A stretch of 56,264 nucleotides of DNA, the filler included, from Platydemus manokwari (Eukaryota): the NCBI GenBank assembly GCA_037951405.1. It is 5 parts of 5 records of this genome, joined end to end, with 100 filler letters (N's around TTAATTAATTAA, not from the genome) between each part and the next. Parts side by side here need not be neighbours in the genome. Positions count along the whole stretch, not along the records: positions 33,049 to 43,760 come from JBBMOY011110997.1; positions 43,861 to 56,264 come from JBBMOY010153343.1; 3 more parts are not named here. One strand, 5' to 3'. This document shows, in pieces, positions 35,231 to 47,900 of the stretch (its first letter is position 1; the number at the start of each line of letters is the position of its first letter). The translations under genes and the position numbers were made by a program. The notes under the pieces were generated by a model, which was not told where the DNA came from, searched no databases, and saw only the letters and a program-made list of their open reading frames with translations.

Positions 35231-37144
35231 AAATGTTTTTGTTAAAATATGGTTAAAACAAAGCAAAAATTATATTAAATAAATATTTTCAAATCATTGA
35301 AAACCACTATTCATCTAAGTAGTTGATATTCTTAAGATAACATAAATAGTTATACAGTTATGACTCAATTATTTCTGAAAATTGAACTCGAACATGATGA
35401 ATTTATTTTTATAAAATTAGTTTGGATTTGAAGATGTTATGAATGAGGAAATCAATTACTAAATTGTATCGGAAATATTGAAAAATTTCATGGTTAACTT
35501 TTTATCTGAGATAAAAGTAAAATAAATTTTATTCATATGGGTTTTCGTAATTGATAACAGTATTAATGAACCATTTCAAATGCTTTAACATGAGTATTAG
35601 ATGTTAATGAAATTATATAATCAATTACACAGTCATCTACAAAATATGTAATAGCTGAATTTTGCGAAACACGTTGGCAAATGTCACATGATTTTGTAGT
35701 GGGCATTTGTTGAATAATATTTACATTGGTGAAATCCAAAAATTGAAGTAAAATACTTGATTTTAATATTTCCAGTTATTATTAGTTTATTTTTTGAAAA
35801 GACCAAATGCTAGAGATCATACCTTTCTTTATTAAACTCTTAATTATAAACCTTTTAATTTCGAAAAACCCTTTATCCTTTAAATTCAAACATAATATAG
35901 AACATAACCTGATTAAATAATAAAAGTAAAAATAATAATTTCATTGACCTCGGCATTTATGCCGGGAATAGTCCCGAAAATAATCTTATAAACGGATGAA
36001 AAGGAATTGAACTCAAAATCTCAATTTTAAACTGACAGTTGCATAATTTTTTGACAAAATAGAAGTTTTGTATATGGATACAGACCGTTGCATATTAAAT
36101 ATCAAATCAGACATTATGTTGCGGAATTCTTGTGTCTCATTCGAGTGAACAATTTCAAAAAAAACATTTTATTGTTGCAATTTTGATATATGTGTATAGT
36201 GTAACGATCACGTAATAATGTTATGTTACAATTTTTATTTGTTTAAAGTTGAAAACTATTTATGTTTCTGCATACATGAATAATTGTATCAATTTATTCT
36301 TATCGGTTTTCTATAAAAGAATTTCCGGGAAATTAATTAATATAATGAAATAGGAATAATTATTAATTATGAACACGGTTTCGAAAAATATAGAGAGAAA
36401 TATTTATAATATTTATAATAAACTAAAGATTTAATAATATAAAATGTGTTTTAAAATTTGGCTTGATAAAGAGTTAATAGTCAACAATTTCCAATGATAA
36501 TTCGTGGGTAGGAATTTTATCTCTGGAATTTGAAATGAAATCCCAATGGAATGCATTATAATGTATTCAAATAAATCGGAATGAAGAAATGAATTTGTGT
36601 AAACGTTATAAATAGAGGTTCAAAACATCAGAACCTGCCCCTTAATTAAAATCATGAAACCATTAGCTTTTTCAACAGACTTATTTCCCTTGAAGACGCC
36701 ATTCATTGATGACATTGATTTTGTAATTTGAGACTTATTTTTATTTAAATAACTGATTTGTATTATAGCCATCGTATATCGAGTTTATACTCAACGCTTT
36801 TGATAGGTAAAGTTTTTTGTTCCAATAGAAGGAGTTTATGAACCTAGTTCTTGTCCAGAAAATCAATAAGGTTATTTCATATAATAGCTAATTGTATTGT
36901 AATATCAGTGTCATTTTTATATTTGGTGTTTAGTTGTAATAGTTGTTATATTAACAAATATTTTGTAAATCAAGCTCGTCTGCACATTTATCGAAGCAGA
37001 ATAGCTATAGAGTTGAAATATAAATTGAGACTGATAGTTTTAAACTCACCGAGGTCATTGTTGCCACACATATTATCCTCATATTATATAGTGGACTAGG
37101 TGAAGTAAGGACAAATAAAAGGTTTTAATTGTTTCCACCTTGGG

Positions 37145-37430
37145 CTTTATTAGTACACATAGAGACTGATCAAGACAACAGCGATCTTACAAGAATTAAA
37201 AGTCTGATAGGATAAAATAATACAAGCCATTACAAGTCCCAAACACAACAATAAAAACATGAATTTGATTTTTCAGTGTACAATAAAAATAATTACTTAT
37301 ACAACACAATCAATAAAAAGGTAGTAGGAACATTTAAAAATGGACAAAATGGATGGATAATTACAGACTTAATAGCCATAAGATCAAAATGTTATTGTTA
37401 TAATATAAAAGATTATCAGAGACAGAACAA
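37145..37430 (+). mobile_element. Second Polinton/Maverick PolB C-terminal fragment
   Basis: LLVHIETDQ (eroded YxDTDS) at about 37147-37173, then KHEFDFSVYNKNNYLYNTINKKVVGTFKNGQNGWIITDLIAIRSKCYCY, homologous to the block at about 21810-21680. Confidence 0.75.
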
Positions 37431-40059
37431 TATTCACAAAAATACTGTTATTAAGAATATAGATATTTATTTGCGAGGCTGGAATACAAGACGTTTTGGA
37501 TTTGTTCATTCTTCTTCACTTAAGCCTAAATAATAATCGCTTGAAATATTATTTACCCAGTTCACTCATTCTATTATAATCGGCCAGAATATATATATAT
37601 TACTGTTTCTTAAATTCTCCCTAGCTATCTACGGCTTCATGAAGACACGGGAACTACATGACCATGATGTCAATATAAACCTTCAGTAAACCATGCATAT
37701 ATAAATATAAATTTCTCAATCACTCAGAATTACATTTTTAACCAGACACGTACGTTTCAAACATGGGTCAACGAACCATTTTTGTGTTGAAAATATCGAT
37801 TTTAAATATTATAGATTTGATGTAAATATAAACACCTTGTCCTTAAATTTCTTTACACTTTAAAATTGTTAAAATTTATTTTGTTACCTTTTTAAAGTTG
37901 TTCAATAAGTCATTTCAATAATTTGGGTCTAGAGTTTCTATTGTACTTCTTCTAACTTTCCGGCTTCTACAACCTTCTTCACAAGGTTTGATGAATGAAA
38001 AATATCCCAAATACTGATGAAGATAATTGAAGAAATTTCCGCTGAGATGAAGGCTGTCCCAATAATCGACTGAAATAGAATAACTGTTCGGGAACTGAGC
38101 GATGATGAAATTCTGTTGCAAATATTTAAGAAATGGGGATTCGAATTTTGAGCAGAATTTGCTGTGCATTTCTTGAATTTTGGGCTGGGTTTATATACCC
38201 AGATTTTTGTGGAAGTGGTTACTGATTTTGTGTAATTATATTTTTAAGCCAAGGTGATTATGAATTTTCCAAAGTAATTCAATGTCATTAATACTTTCGC
38301 CTTAGCAATATATTAAATCACCATTGTGACGCGAATTAAATATTTAAAATATCATGGAAACCCAAATTTTAAATTTCCCGAACTAATTTCATTATAAATG
38401 TGGATTGGAATTTGGGTTGATTGTACCCAACAATAATGTCGACAAGTATTCTAATTTAAATCTCGAAATGAAACTTCAAAATTTCATGCCAAATAAATAA
38501 ATGCTCAGATAAATAATAGTTAACAAATTAAGTTTTCTTAGATAAAAAATTCAGGTTTGCATTACAAACGAAGTTTGGTAAAGCTTTAGCTCATTATAAA
38601 AATGATCTATTACGTAATCAAATGTTGTAAAATAAATATATGATACATATGAATAACACTTTGTTAATCGATCATAAAATTAATTGGTAAATTAATCAAT
38701 AAATTAATTAAAATTTCTTGAATATATTTTGCTGCTGTGAGGATTTATAATGAATTGAAAAATAAAATGAAAGCTTTATAAAATATTAATTTATTTTAAT
38801 GATTGCAATTAAAAAATAATTTGATGTCGTGACTTCAGTTTGTGTTCTGTGTGCTTTGTAAAACAGTAGCGAGTTACAGCAGCTATTGGTGAAGTTCATT
38901 TTACAAAATATTTATGACTATCGATCAATCTTGAACTTTGAGCAGTATTGCTATCAAGTTCGACCAATTAGTATTGGATATTCGATGTTTATTAAATTGT
39001 GACATGACTAATAAAAAGATGAGGCTTGGCGATTCGTGGGAATAATTGACACCGCGTTCACCGGAAATTATTTCGGTGTGAGATTGATCGAGAAAGTGAC
39101 TCTGGCAATTATTATAGCCGTGTGTTCATTTCAGTAGTTTGTGTTTCTATTTTTAGAACCATCAGAGAACGAGAATCACTTTGTGTCTACAAATAACAGA
39201 TATGTTAGTGTTAAGCCCATTAAAATCTGCGTGCTCATTGTAATAGCTATCTATTGATATTGATTTCATGAATAAAATGAGATAGATCAACGCATCACTT
39301 TACCGGTTCCTTTTTGCTCGTTTAATTAAATTGATTGGTGGTTTTCAGATTTTATTCAGTATAAAATATTAACATCTCTCGGTATTTAATTTATTTATAA
39401 TCATTAAATTTTATTGATTTTACTAGAATCCTATATTTTACAATATTGCAAAAGGTAGACATTATTGAATTCCCATTATATATTATTGTGTCACTTTGTA
39501 GTTAATACTAGCCAAATTATTTTGTCAAGGATCACAAGTAATTGATCATTGCTATTCAGATTACTGCTCGTATCACTTCAATCGATATGAGAAACCACAG
39601 CATTTGTCAGTCTCGAATAATACCTGAAATTCGATTACTGGTGTATTTAAAATAATGACAACTTAATTATGGGTTTCTGCTCATATCAAAACTCTCTCGA
39701 AACCCTCTTTAGTGTGAAAGTAATTCATTCTTCTATATTTCCAAATTTGTAGAATAGATTTAATTTAAAATATTTAATGCCGTTAAAATCAGTACTGAAA
39801 ACAAGCCTTAATCAATTTTTCACTTTAATTCAATAATTTGTGCCATTGTTTTACAAAATGATAAAAATCTGAAAATACTCATCTAAATTATCGATAACTC
39901 GTGTTCTCACATAAAATAATTTATCCTTTAATCTTCACTTTTAATATAAAATTCAGTTTAATATTTTGTCGAAAAATGTTGTTTAGTTAATTCAGAATTT
40001 GGCTTAATGATTTATTCTGTGATTTGTTTGAATGCTTCAATATTAAGTGATATTTTAAA

Positions 40060-41629
40060 ATGGGTATTGTGAAAAAAGTTTTGATTTGGAGTGTCTTGCT
40101 ATTACTGATCTCAATTGTTATTTCCAAATATATAAATATTTATCAAGAAAGTGAGCAATTATCAGCAATCAATATTATTTTCAATATCATTTCGTCATTG
40201 GTTAAAATTATTGGTTTTAATTTGATTTTGATTTATATTTCTTCAGGATAATTTTTCAAAATTATATCTCGGGATTACCAGTTATCACCGTGGATTGGAG
40301 AATAGTTTTTCCGATATCATGTACTACATGGTTAATAGTTCAGGGTTACATGTAATGTGGATATTAAAATGTATTTTTATGAGAATTTCTATCAGATTGA
40401 AACACAGCAATTTGATGGAGTAGAGGTTTATCTTTTCGATCCCATCAATCATGAACCAAATAGGTCCGCCATTATTCATATACACGCAAGCGCTTGGATT
40501 CGACACAGTCCAAGTTATTGATTGAATTCTCAATATTTTTTTTGATAGGATGCGATTTTTTTTATTTTTAAGAAACTTTTTCCATTTATCTGGCTGAACT
40601 TGCTCGTCGATTGAATATATTGATCGTATCTGTAAAGTGAGACAAAACTCCATCACAGATTTTTAGATTAACTGTTCATTGCAGTTATCGCAAAGCTCCT
40701 GAACATCCATTTCCAGCTGGTGTTTCTGATTCGTTAATTGCAACAAGATATTTCATGGAAAATGCTGAAAAATTTGATGTGGATCCGAATCGAATAGCTT
40801 TAATGGGTAGAATGAAAGAATAATGAAAATTATAATTTTATCGATTTTGTTGAAATCAGGCGATAGTGCTGGTGGACATATGGCTGTTGCTATTGGATAT
40901 CATCTGGCATCATTACGAAGGATTGACAAGGTCACACGTGTTCCAAAAATACTCGTACCACTGATTGCCACTCTTCAAATGGCGGATTTTACTCCACCGT
41001 CATTGCGTGCCGAAGTTAAAAAGTAAAAAAAAAATGTTCATTTATCGATTTAATTAGCATTGCAATCAGGCCATTGTTTTGTGAAATAATTTGTAAATAC
41101 ACTTTTGGCGAATTATCGAGTGATGAACTTGATGATTGTGTAAATACGGTATCAAGTAACAATCATTTGAGTGAGGAAGTCATTGAGAGGGTGAGAGACA
41201 ATGTTGATTGGAAACAATATCTGACAGGAAGGTGATAATTCGATGGATGATTAGTTTATATTTGATCGCATATCTATTAATGGCAGTGAATACGACGATG
41301 TTCCCAACAGCACATTCCAATTTATCCAAAGCAATAAGTTCACCAAACGATTTTCAGAATTGGTTTTAGATCCTTTGTTTTCGCCTTTATCAGCTTTGAA
41401 CAACACCGATCTCCAATTGTTACCGCCCGTTTATTTGATGGTAGCTTCAAAAGATCCATTGAGAGATGATGCTAGATTATTAGGGGCACGATTGACTCGA
41501 ATTGGTCGTTTGGGTGGACTCAGGGAATTCGACCAATCACATGCAGAGTTTTATTTTGTCGGTTTTAAAAAATTTGAAGAGGTTTATCATTATTTATCTG
41601 AAATATTCAAAGGTGGTGTGATATTTTAA
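40060..41629 (+). CDS. Arylacetamide deacetylase / neutral cholesterol ester hydrolase-like (HSL/GDXG family alpha/beta hydrolase), 8 exons, about 409 aa
   Basis: Exons 40060-40200, 40247-40351, 40396-40513, 40573-40636, 40685-40806, 40860-41022, 41058-41231 and 41287-41629 are in phase (1230 nt). N-terminal signal anchor; VSVNYRKAPEHPFPAG; VDPNRIALMGDSAGG (catalytic Ser); DPLRDD (Asp); QSHAEF (His). Confidence 0.92.
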
Positions 41630-43760
41630 ACATTCACTCCGATATCTTTTGTTCATCAGTATTGATTTATTATCTAATGATTTTTTAATTGATTTTTTAA
41701 AATTATTGATTTAAAAATGACTGGTTTGAAAAAATTGAAAAGAAAATATGCTTGCAAATTCACAAACACACACGCACACACACTACATCGAAAATATCGA
41801 TCTCATTTTCTATGATAAAATGTTGAATTGATGTCAATTTAATGTGAAACGGAAATAAAATGCTGTTTAGTTAGTGAAATCAATTTGTTTAAAGTGACCT
41901 CCTGAAATTCTGATTAATAAAGTCGAAAAAATTACCACGGTGATATCTCTTAGAAATTGATTGAAAAAATAGGGGTAAAAGTGAAGCAATCGTTTTATCG
42001 ATCGAATTGATGTTGATCAATACAAATTATTAAATATTTTTAACAACAATTGTTAGTTGAACGATTTTATGTGGCTTAGTCTCCGATATTGTATCGTTAC
42101 CAACTATATTAATCTTTTTAATAATTTAATCGATAAATTTCAGGACAAATTGATATTATTATAGGACAAATATTCATGATGTATTGGTGGGAATTATTGG
42201 AAGGCCTTTTGTAATAATGTGAATTTAGAAATTTAAACCATTTCCCGTCAATAAAGATTTATTAATGATCACAAATATAAACCAAAATCAAGGATTTGCA
42301 AAACAACTTTTAAAAAGTTAAGGAACAATCCAATGATAAATTAATGAATTTGCGAAAATGAGATAGAAAATTAACTTAAAGAAATATCAGAATTTAAAAA
42401 TATTTTCATACATTATAGCGATATATAATCAACTAAAAGTTATGTTGATAGAACAAAATAACATACTACTCACAAAAAATGTTTTGCTGTAAGAATATTG
42501 ATTTCACCTAATAATCACCTTATGAAGTACTTTACATATTAAAGTACTTTATTCCAATAAATAATTTATTAGTTAGTTTATGAAATACAAGAAGGGTAAT
42601 AATAAAGATATTAAAGTACTAAATTTATTTTTAAATAAAGCATTATTGGTTACTTTTTACGAAACACTTGGTGATTTGAGTGAGATCGTTTATGTTTACA
42701 CCATGTGGTAACGAATTAATGAGATTACGATTTCTGGAATTTATTTCCTCTTACTGCAAGAAGCCAATAGTGATTTGAAATATTATAAATCATTTCTATC
42801 TATCACAAACCTATCAGATCGCTGATGAATAAACTCATTTATTTTCAATTACTGTTCTAATTTTCTGAAACCATCTGCTCTTTACTATTCTCACTTGAAT
42901 AATTATTTTAGCTACCAAGATGTGCATCAATACTATTTCATTTTGCTATACGATTATGACTTCTTTGCAATAACGGCATCTTATATGATACCGCCTATTC
43001 TTACCATAAAGCACCAACCATTTTCATAGTTTATTGATTCTGGAATTGAGTCAGTACTGCTAGTTAAGATTCCCAAAGTTATTTTACAGGAATTTAATAA
43101 TTACAATATAAGGTACCCTAACTAATAGTTCTACTAACCGAAAGTGGTCCAATAACATGTATAGTTAACTGAGATGCCCTCTCAAACTCTTTGACGTTTC
43201 AGAATAAGTTCGAAATATTTCGTTCCAACAATTATAATCTTTCATTTTAATAAGCAAAACTAGAAAAAAAATCAAGAATCGGGATGTAGATTTCACAAAA
43301 GGTTTTATGTGACATTAATCCGCTCAAGCAAATATTGACTTTGGGTCTCGATATCGATGCTACCCGGTATAAATTTCTAGTGTGGGGATTTTGAAGTTTC
43401 TTTAAATAATTATAATCGTTTTAACCCAAATAAATGATTGAAATCTTTTTGAATATTTAGGTTAGATATATTTTGTAGGTTGACTTTCTTATATTCGTTC
43501 TCAAATCATATTTGATAAATTTTTATCAACTAACAAATAAAATGAAGTCACATCACGGATTACCATTTCAAACCCTTACATTATAATAAAAAGTTGAATT
43601 GCATGAGGTGTAAAGAAATTGGTCGTGATAAGTGGAACAATATGGTAATTATTAGGTTGTTGGGAAAATAATGGCCGTTTTTTCATTGCATATTTAAACT
43701 GTTAATATTTAACTAAAATCATTAGCAATTATTGATGTATTATATGTCATTTTAAAGCGC

Positions 43761-43860
43761 NNNNNNNNNNNNNNNNNNNNNNNNNNNNNNNNNNNNNNNN
43801 NNNNTTAATTAATTAANNNNNNNNNNNNNNNNNNNNNNNNNNNNNNNNNNNNNNNNNNNN
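43761..43860. other. Artificial assembly gap linker
   Basis: N44-TTAATTAATTAA-N44. Confidence 0.98.
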
Positions 43861-44936
43861 AACCTGATCAATATATCAGATGGACTGTGAAATCTTAAAA
43901 TTTATTTATTAATATACGTACATAACCATTAATGAGGATATTTTTATGATAAATTGGAATCTATATATCGCAATACAGATTTGTGTACCAATGCTTAATA
44001 TCTTCATGCCAAACTGCCCAATCATCTCTGGCCGATAATAAAAATAATTCATATTTATTCTACTTCTATTTAATTTAGAAATTTCTTTTATTACTATGCA
44101 GATATGTCACGAAATTTGTCCTTGGAAATTGCGAGATAAGGGTAATAAATAGAAACCTTGGAATAAATTATAATATTTAATGATTAATATTTATTTCCAT
44201 ACAAATCGAACATAACGTGAATAATTTTTTGTACTATCTCAGATTTGAAAATATATAACTAATTATTCGTAAAACTACCATACATTAATAATTTCTACAC
44301 TTTTAGTTTTAAGAAAAATCCTTGTAAATTATTCATTATCGGGTCCAATTATTCGATTAAATTAATTTAATTATTATCTATGATATCTGAGTTAATTTTG
44401 TGTGCAGTACTCGAACAAATATTATTCAAATAGTTGGTCATCATCATATAAAACAATTTTATTCCTTTTTCAAAATACATATTTACTGTTTTATTATTAA
44501 AATAATGTTATTTTAATTTATTCCAAAAGAATTTATGAATTACATTCTAAAAATAACTCAAAACAAATTTATGAATATTTGGTCCAGTCACCATTTTTTT
44601 TTATTTATATTTATGTTACTTTGTACTCTTAAGATTGAAAAAAAATCAAGTCAAATGACATAAAATATTCTCTCCTATTTGACAATTTCTTAATTTTTGC
44701 AGTTGTTATGGGCTGAATGAGACACAAAATTATTGTTTTTGTTGAGTTTAAACATAGCAAAACACACTTAGTCTCAATTTCAAAATTAAGAAATATGGAT
44801 TGAAATACTTCTATTTTAGAACAAAAAAATACGATAATCTCTCTCGATTTCAATTTTATTTCTCTTTATTGAGTAATTATTTATTCAATTACTACTGTAC
44901 AAAAATTAAATTTATTATTTATTTAACCCGTAACAG

Positions 44937-47900
44937 ATATCGGAAAATTCCGAACTTGACGAAAAACCTAAAGAAATCAAGACAGAATCTGTAGATAATG
45001 AATGCTTCCGTTTAAATAATTATTCAAAAGACAATACATATCAAGTCATAGTTGACCAGATTGATAAAAATCCTTTATATCTGGACAATAATGAGAATGA
45101 AAACATTGAGTTGATTGATCTCCAGAGTCCATTGATTGTTCATGGAATTCAACACAGTCTACCTGCAATACAACTCGATCCTTTTTTCTTTCCACTTAAA
45201 TTAGACAACCAATTTCTTCGCAGATTGCATAGGCCTAGACTAACCGAGTAAATTTCCAGCTGTTTTGTTCTATTTTTAATAATAATTATTATTATTTCAT
45301 ATTCTCAGCATCAAAAGGCCAATTGCTCATTTATTTCAAACACCCCAATCAATTAGTAATTTAACAGATATTATGAAAGTCGAATCTGATGGTCGACAAC
45401 AAATTTCCAAACTTACCGGCAGTGGTGATGTGTTCTTCATGCGATCTATAATGGATCTGAGCTCCAGCATAGATCATATGATTTTAGCCGAATATTCCGA
45501 AGAATATCCCCCATTGATGATGCAGGCACGTCGCAATATTATTTATTTATTTATTAAATCTATTTTCGATTCCACAGACTGGTATGGCATCTCGAATTGT
45601 TAATTATATGCTTGGCCATCCTAACCAACCAATAATTATGCCTCAATTGCAATATGGGGAATTGTGTGTGACACAACATATTCCATTTCTCGGGCAATTA
45701 TCTCCCAATCAGATATTTCAAGCTCTTGAAAATAATATGTTTCGAGCTCCTATTTATCCTCACAAATTGAAACCCACAGATTTTCTTGTCATTGTTAAAT
45801 CGAACAAGTTGTCTATTCGACGAATCGATGATATTTTCCTCGTTGGCCAGCAGTTACCGTTAATGGAAGTGCCAGCTCCAAATTCAAAGAAAGCAAACAC
45901 TTTTCTTAAAGATTTTCTTCAGGTGACAATATTTTTTGATTTGTTTTGGTTGAAAATTATTGATGAATTTTTATAAAATAATATTGTTGGATCCCTTAAA
46001 TAATTAACTAATTTCTGACTCCGAATAGAAGGCTAATGTTGCATATCGATCGTGTACTGTTCAGTACAACTTACACCAAAAACTTGTCTTTCAACTGGCA
46101 GTTGGCCATCTTTACATCGATATTTATATTCGAGATCTGTGTGTAATTTTTTGTGTCATGTTTTATCACATTTTGATTCGATCTTTGTTTTTCCATGTCC
46201 AAATGGGTTTTTAAGTTTTTGCATGAATGGGATTGGTTAATCCCTCTGTGTTATTGTGTAGCCATACCCCCTTTTCCAATTATCTTTTACCATCTAACTT
46301 TACTGTGATTGGTTGGTTGCTATTCCTGTAGGGATGCAATTGTTTAAAGTGCTTAAACATGGGTTCCAAGGTGCAAATCCATTTTTCTTTTTGCAGAATT
46401 TCATCTCACTCAACAATATTATATCTTATTTTCAAACTTTAATTCATAATAATCAATAGATTTTAGAACGTTTTTAATGGAACATTTGGTTATTATTAAT
46501 AATTTGAGGTTTTTGTGTATAGTTATCTCTTCAATAGGGTTATGTTCGATGAGGGGCTTGTGTTTTCCCAATTGGGAATTTTAATAATTTAAAATGCATT
46601 TAAGTTAAGCCTTTCAGTGTCGATGGATCATATAGATATATCGGATAATATATATTTTTCGAATTATTTTGAAATTTATTGGAATTTGTTTGCGTTGCGA
46701 GAATTGTGAAATTATGCGAAAATTATAGATAACATAGATGTGTATAACTGAATAAATTTGTAAGATATTACCAAGATGAGCTGTTGTTATTTCATGAAAT
46801 ATGGATTGATTTATTCCCAGAAAACTTATTTAAACACTTTCAAATTATGGCCATTCTATTCTTTAATTGATCCCTGGTTTTATTTTGACAAATAGTTTGC
46901 TTTTATAGATTCAAATAATCCGAATGTTTCTCCAAAGCCAGTCCGATCCAAAGCGAATAAGACACGATGAAATCAAGAACATCTTTTCTGAACAATCGGA
47001 TTCAGCATTAAAAAAGCGTTTGAAAACATTTGCCGAGTATAAGAAAGCCGGTAAGATATTTTAAAAATTTAAAATTCAATATGGAATTGTGCCTATAGAC
47101 AGTGGTAACGGCACTGGGTATTGGGTATTGAAACCGGAATTTCAGTTGCCCACGGAAGATGAATTGATTGAATGTATCTCACCAGAAGAATGTTGTGCAT
47201 ACTATTCTATGATGTGGGGATTGTTAAGGTTGGAAGATGCTGGCTACAATAGTAAGAGTCTTACCCAAGCTGACCCTGATCAGCAAGATGACGATGAGGA
47301 AAAAGAAAACAATGTATTGTTTTGAATTGAAAACTTGGATGTTATTGTTATAAATGTGATTTAGTTGAAAATAGAAGATGAAGTTAAGGCAGCAGCATGG
47401 CATACGACAAAGACATTTCTTGATGCCCAAAAAGGAAAATGTTATCTTGAATTAATAGGGGTGACAGAACCAACTGGCTGTGGAGAAGGATTCTCGTATT
47501 CGCGAGTTAGTGCTAAAGCTTCTCTCTTCAAAGAAACATTGAAGAATAAATTCAATAAGCCAACTAACACTTCTGGAACGAATGTTCCTGGTGTTGGTAA
47601 GAGAATGGTTACTGGGACAGATGCTGATTTGAGAAAACTTACTCTCAAAAAAGCTTATGCCTTATTGAAAGAGTGTGGTGTTTCGGAGCAGGAAATAAAA
47701 AAACTAAAAAGATGGGATATCATTGATCTGGTTAGACAGATGTCAACACAAAAAGCAAAGCAGGGTGAAGAAGAAGGAATGACGAAATTTGCGCGATCAT
47801 CCAGATTAACTGTAGCAGATCAAGTATATAAATGGAGTTTGCCATTGAATATTGATAATTTTAACATATTCAACTCAGGAAGAAAGATACAAGAGTGAAT

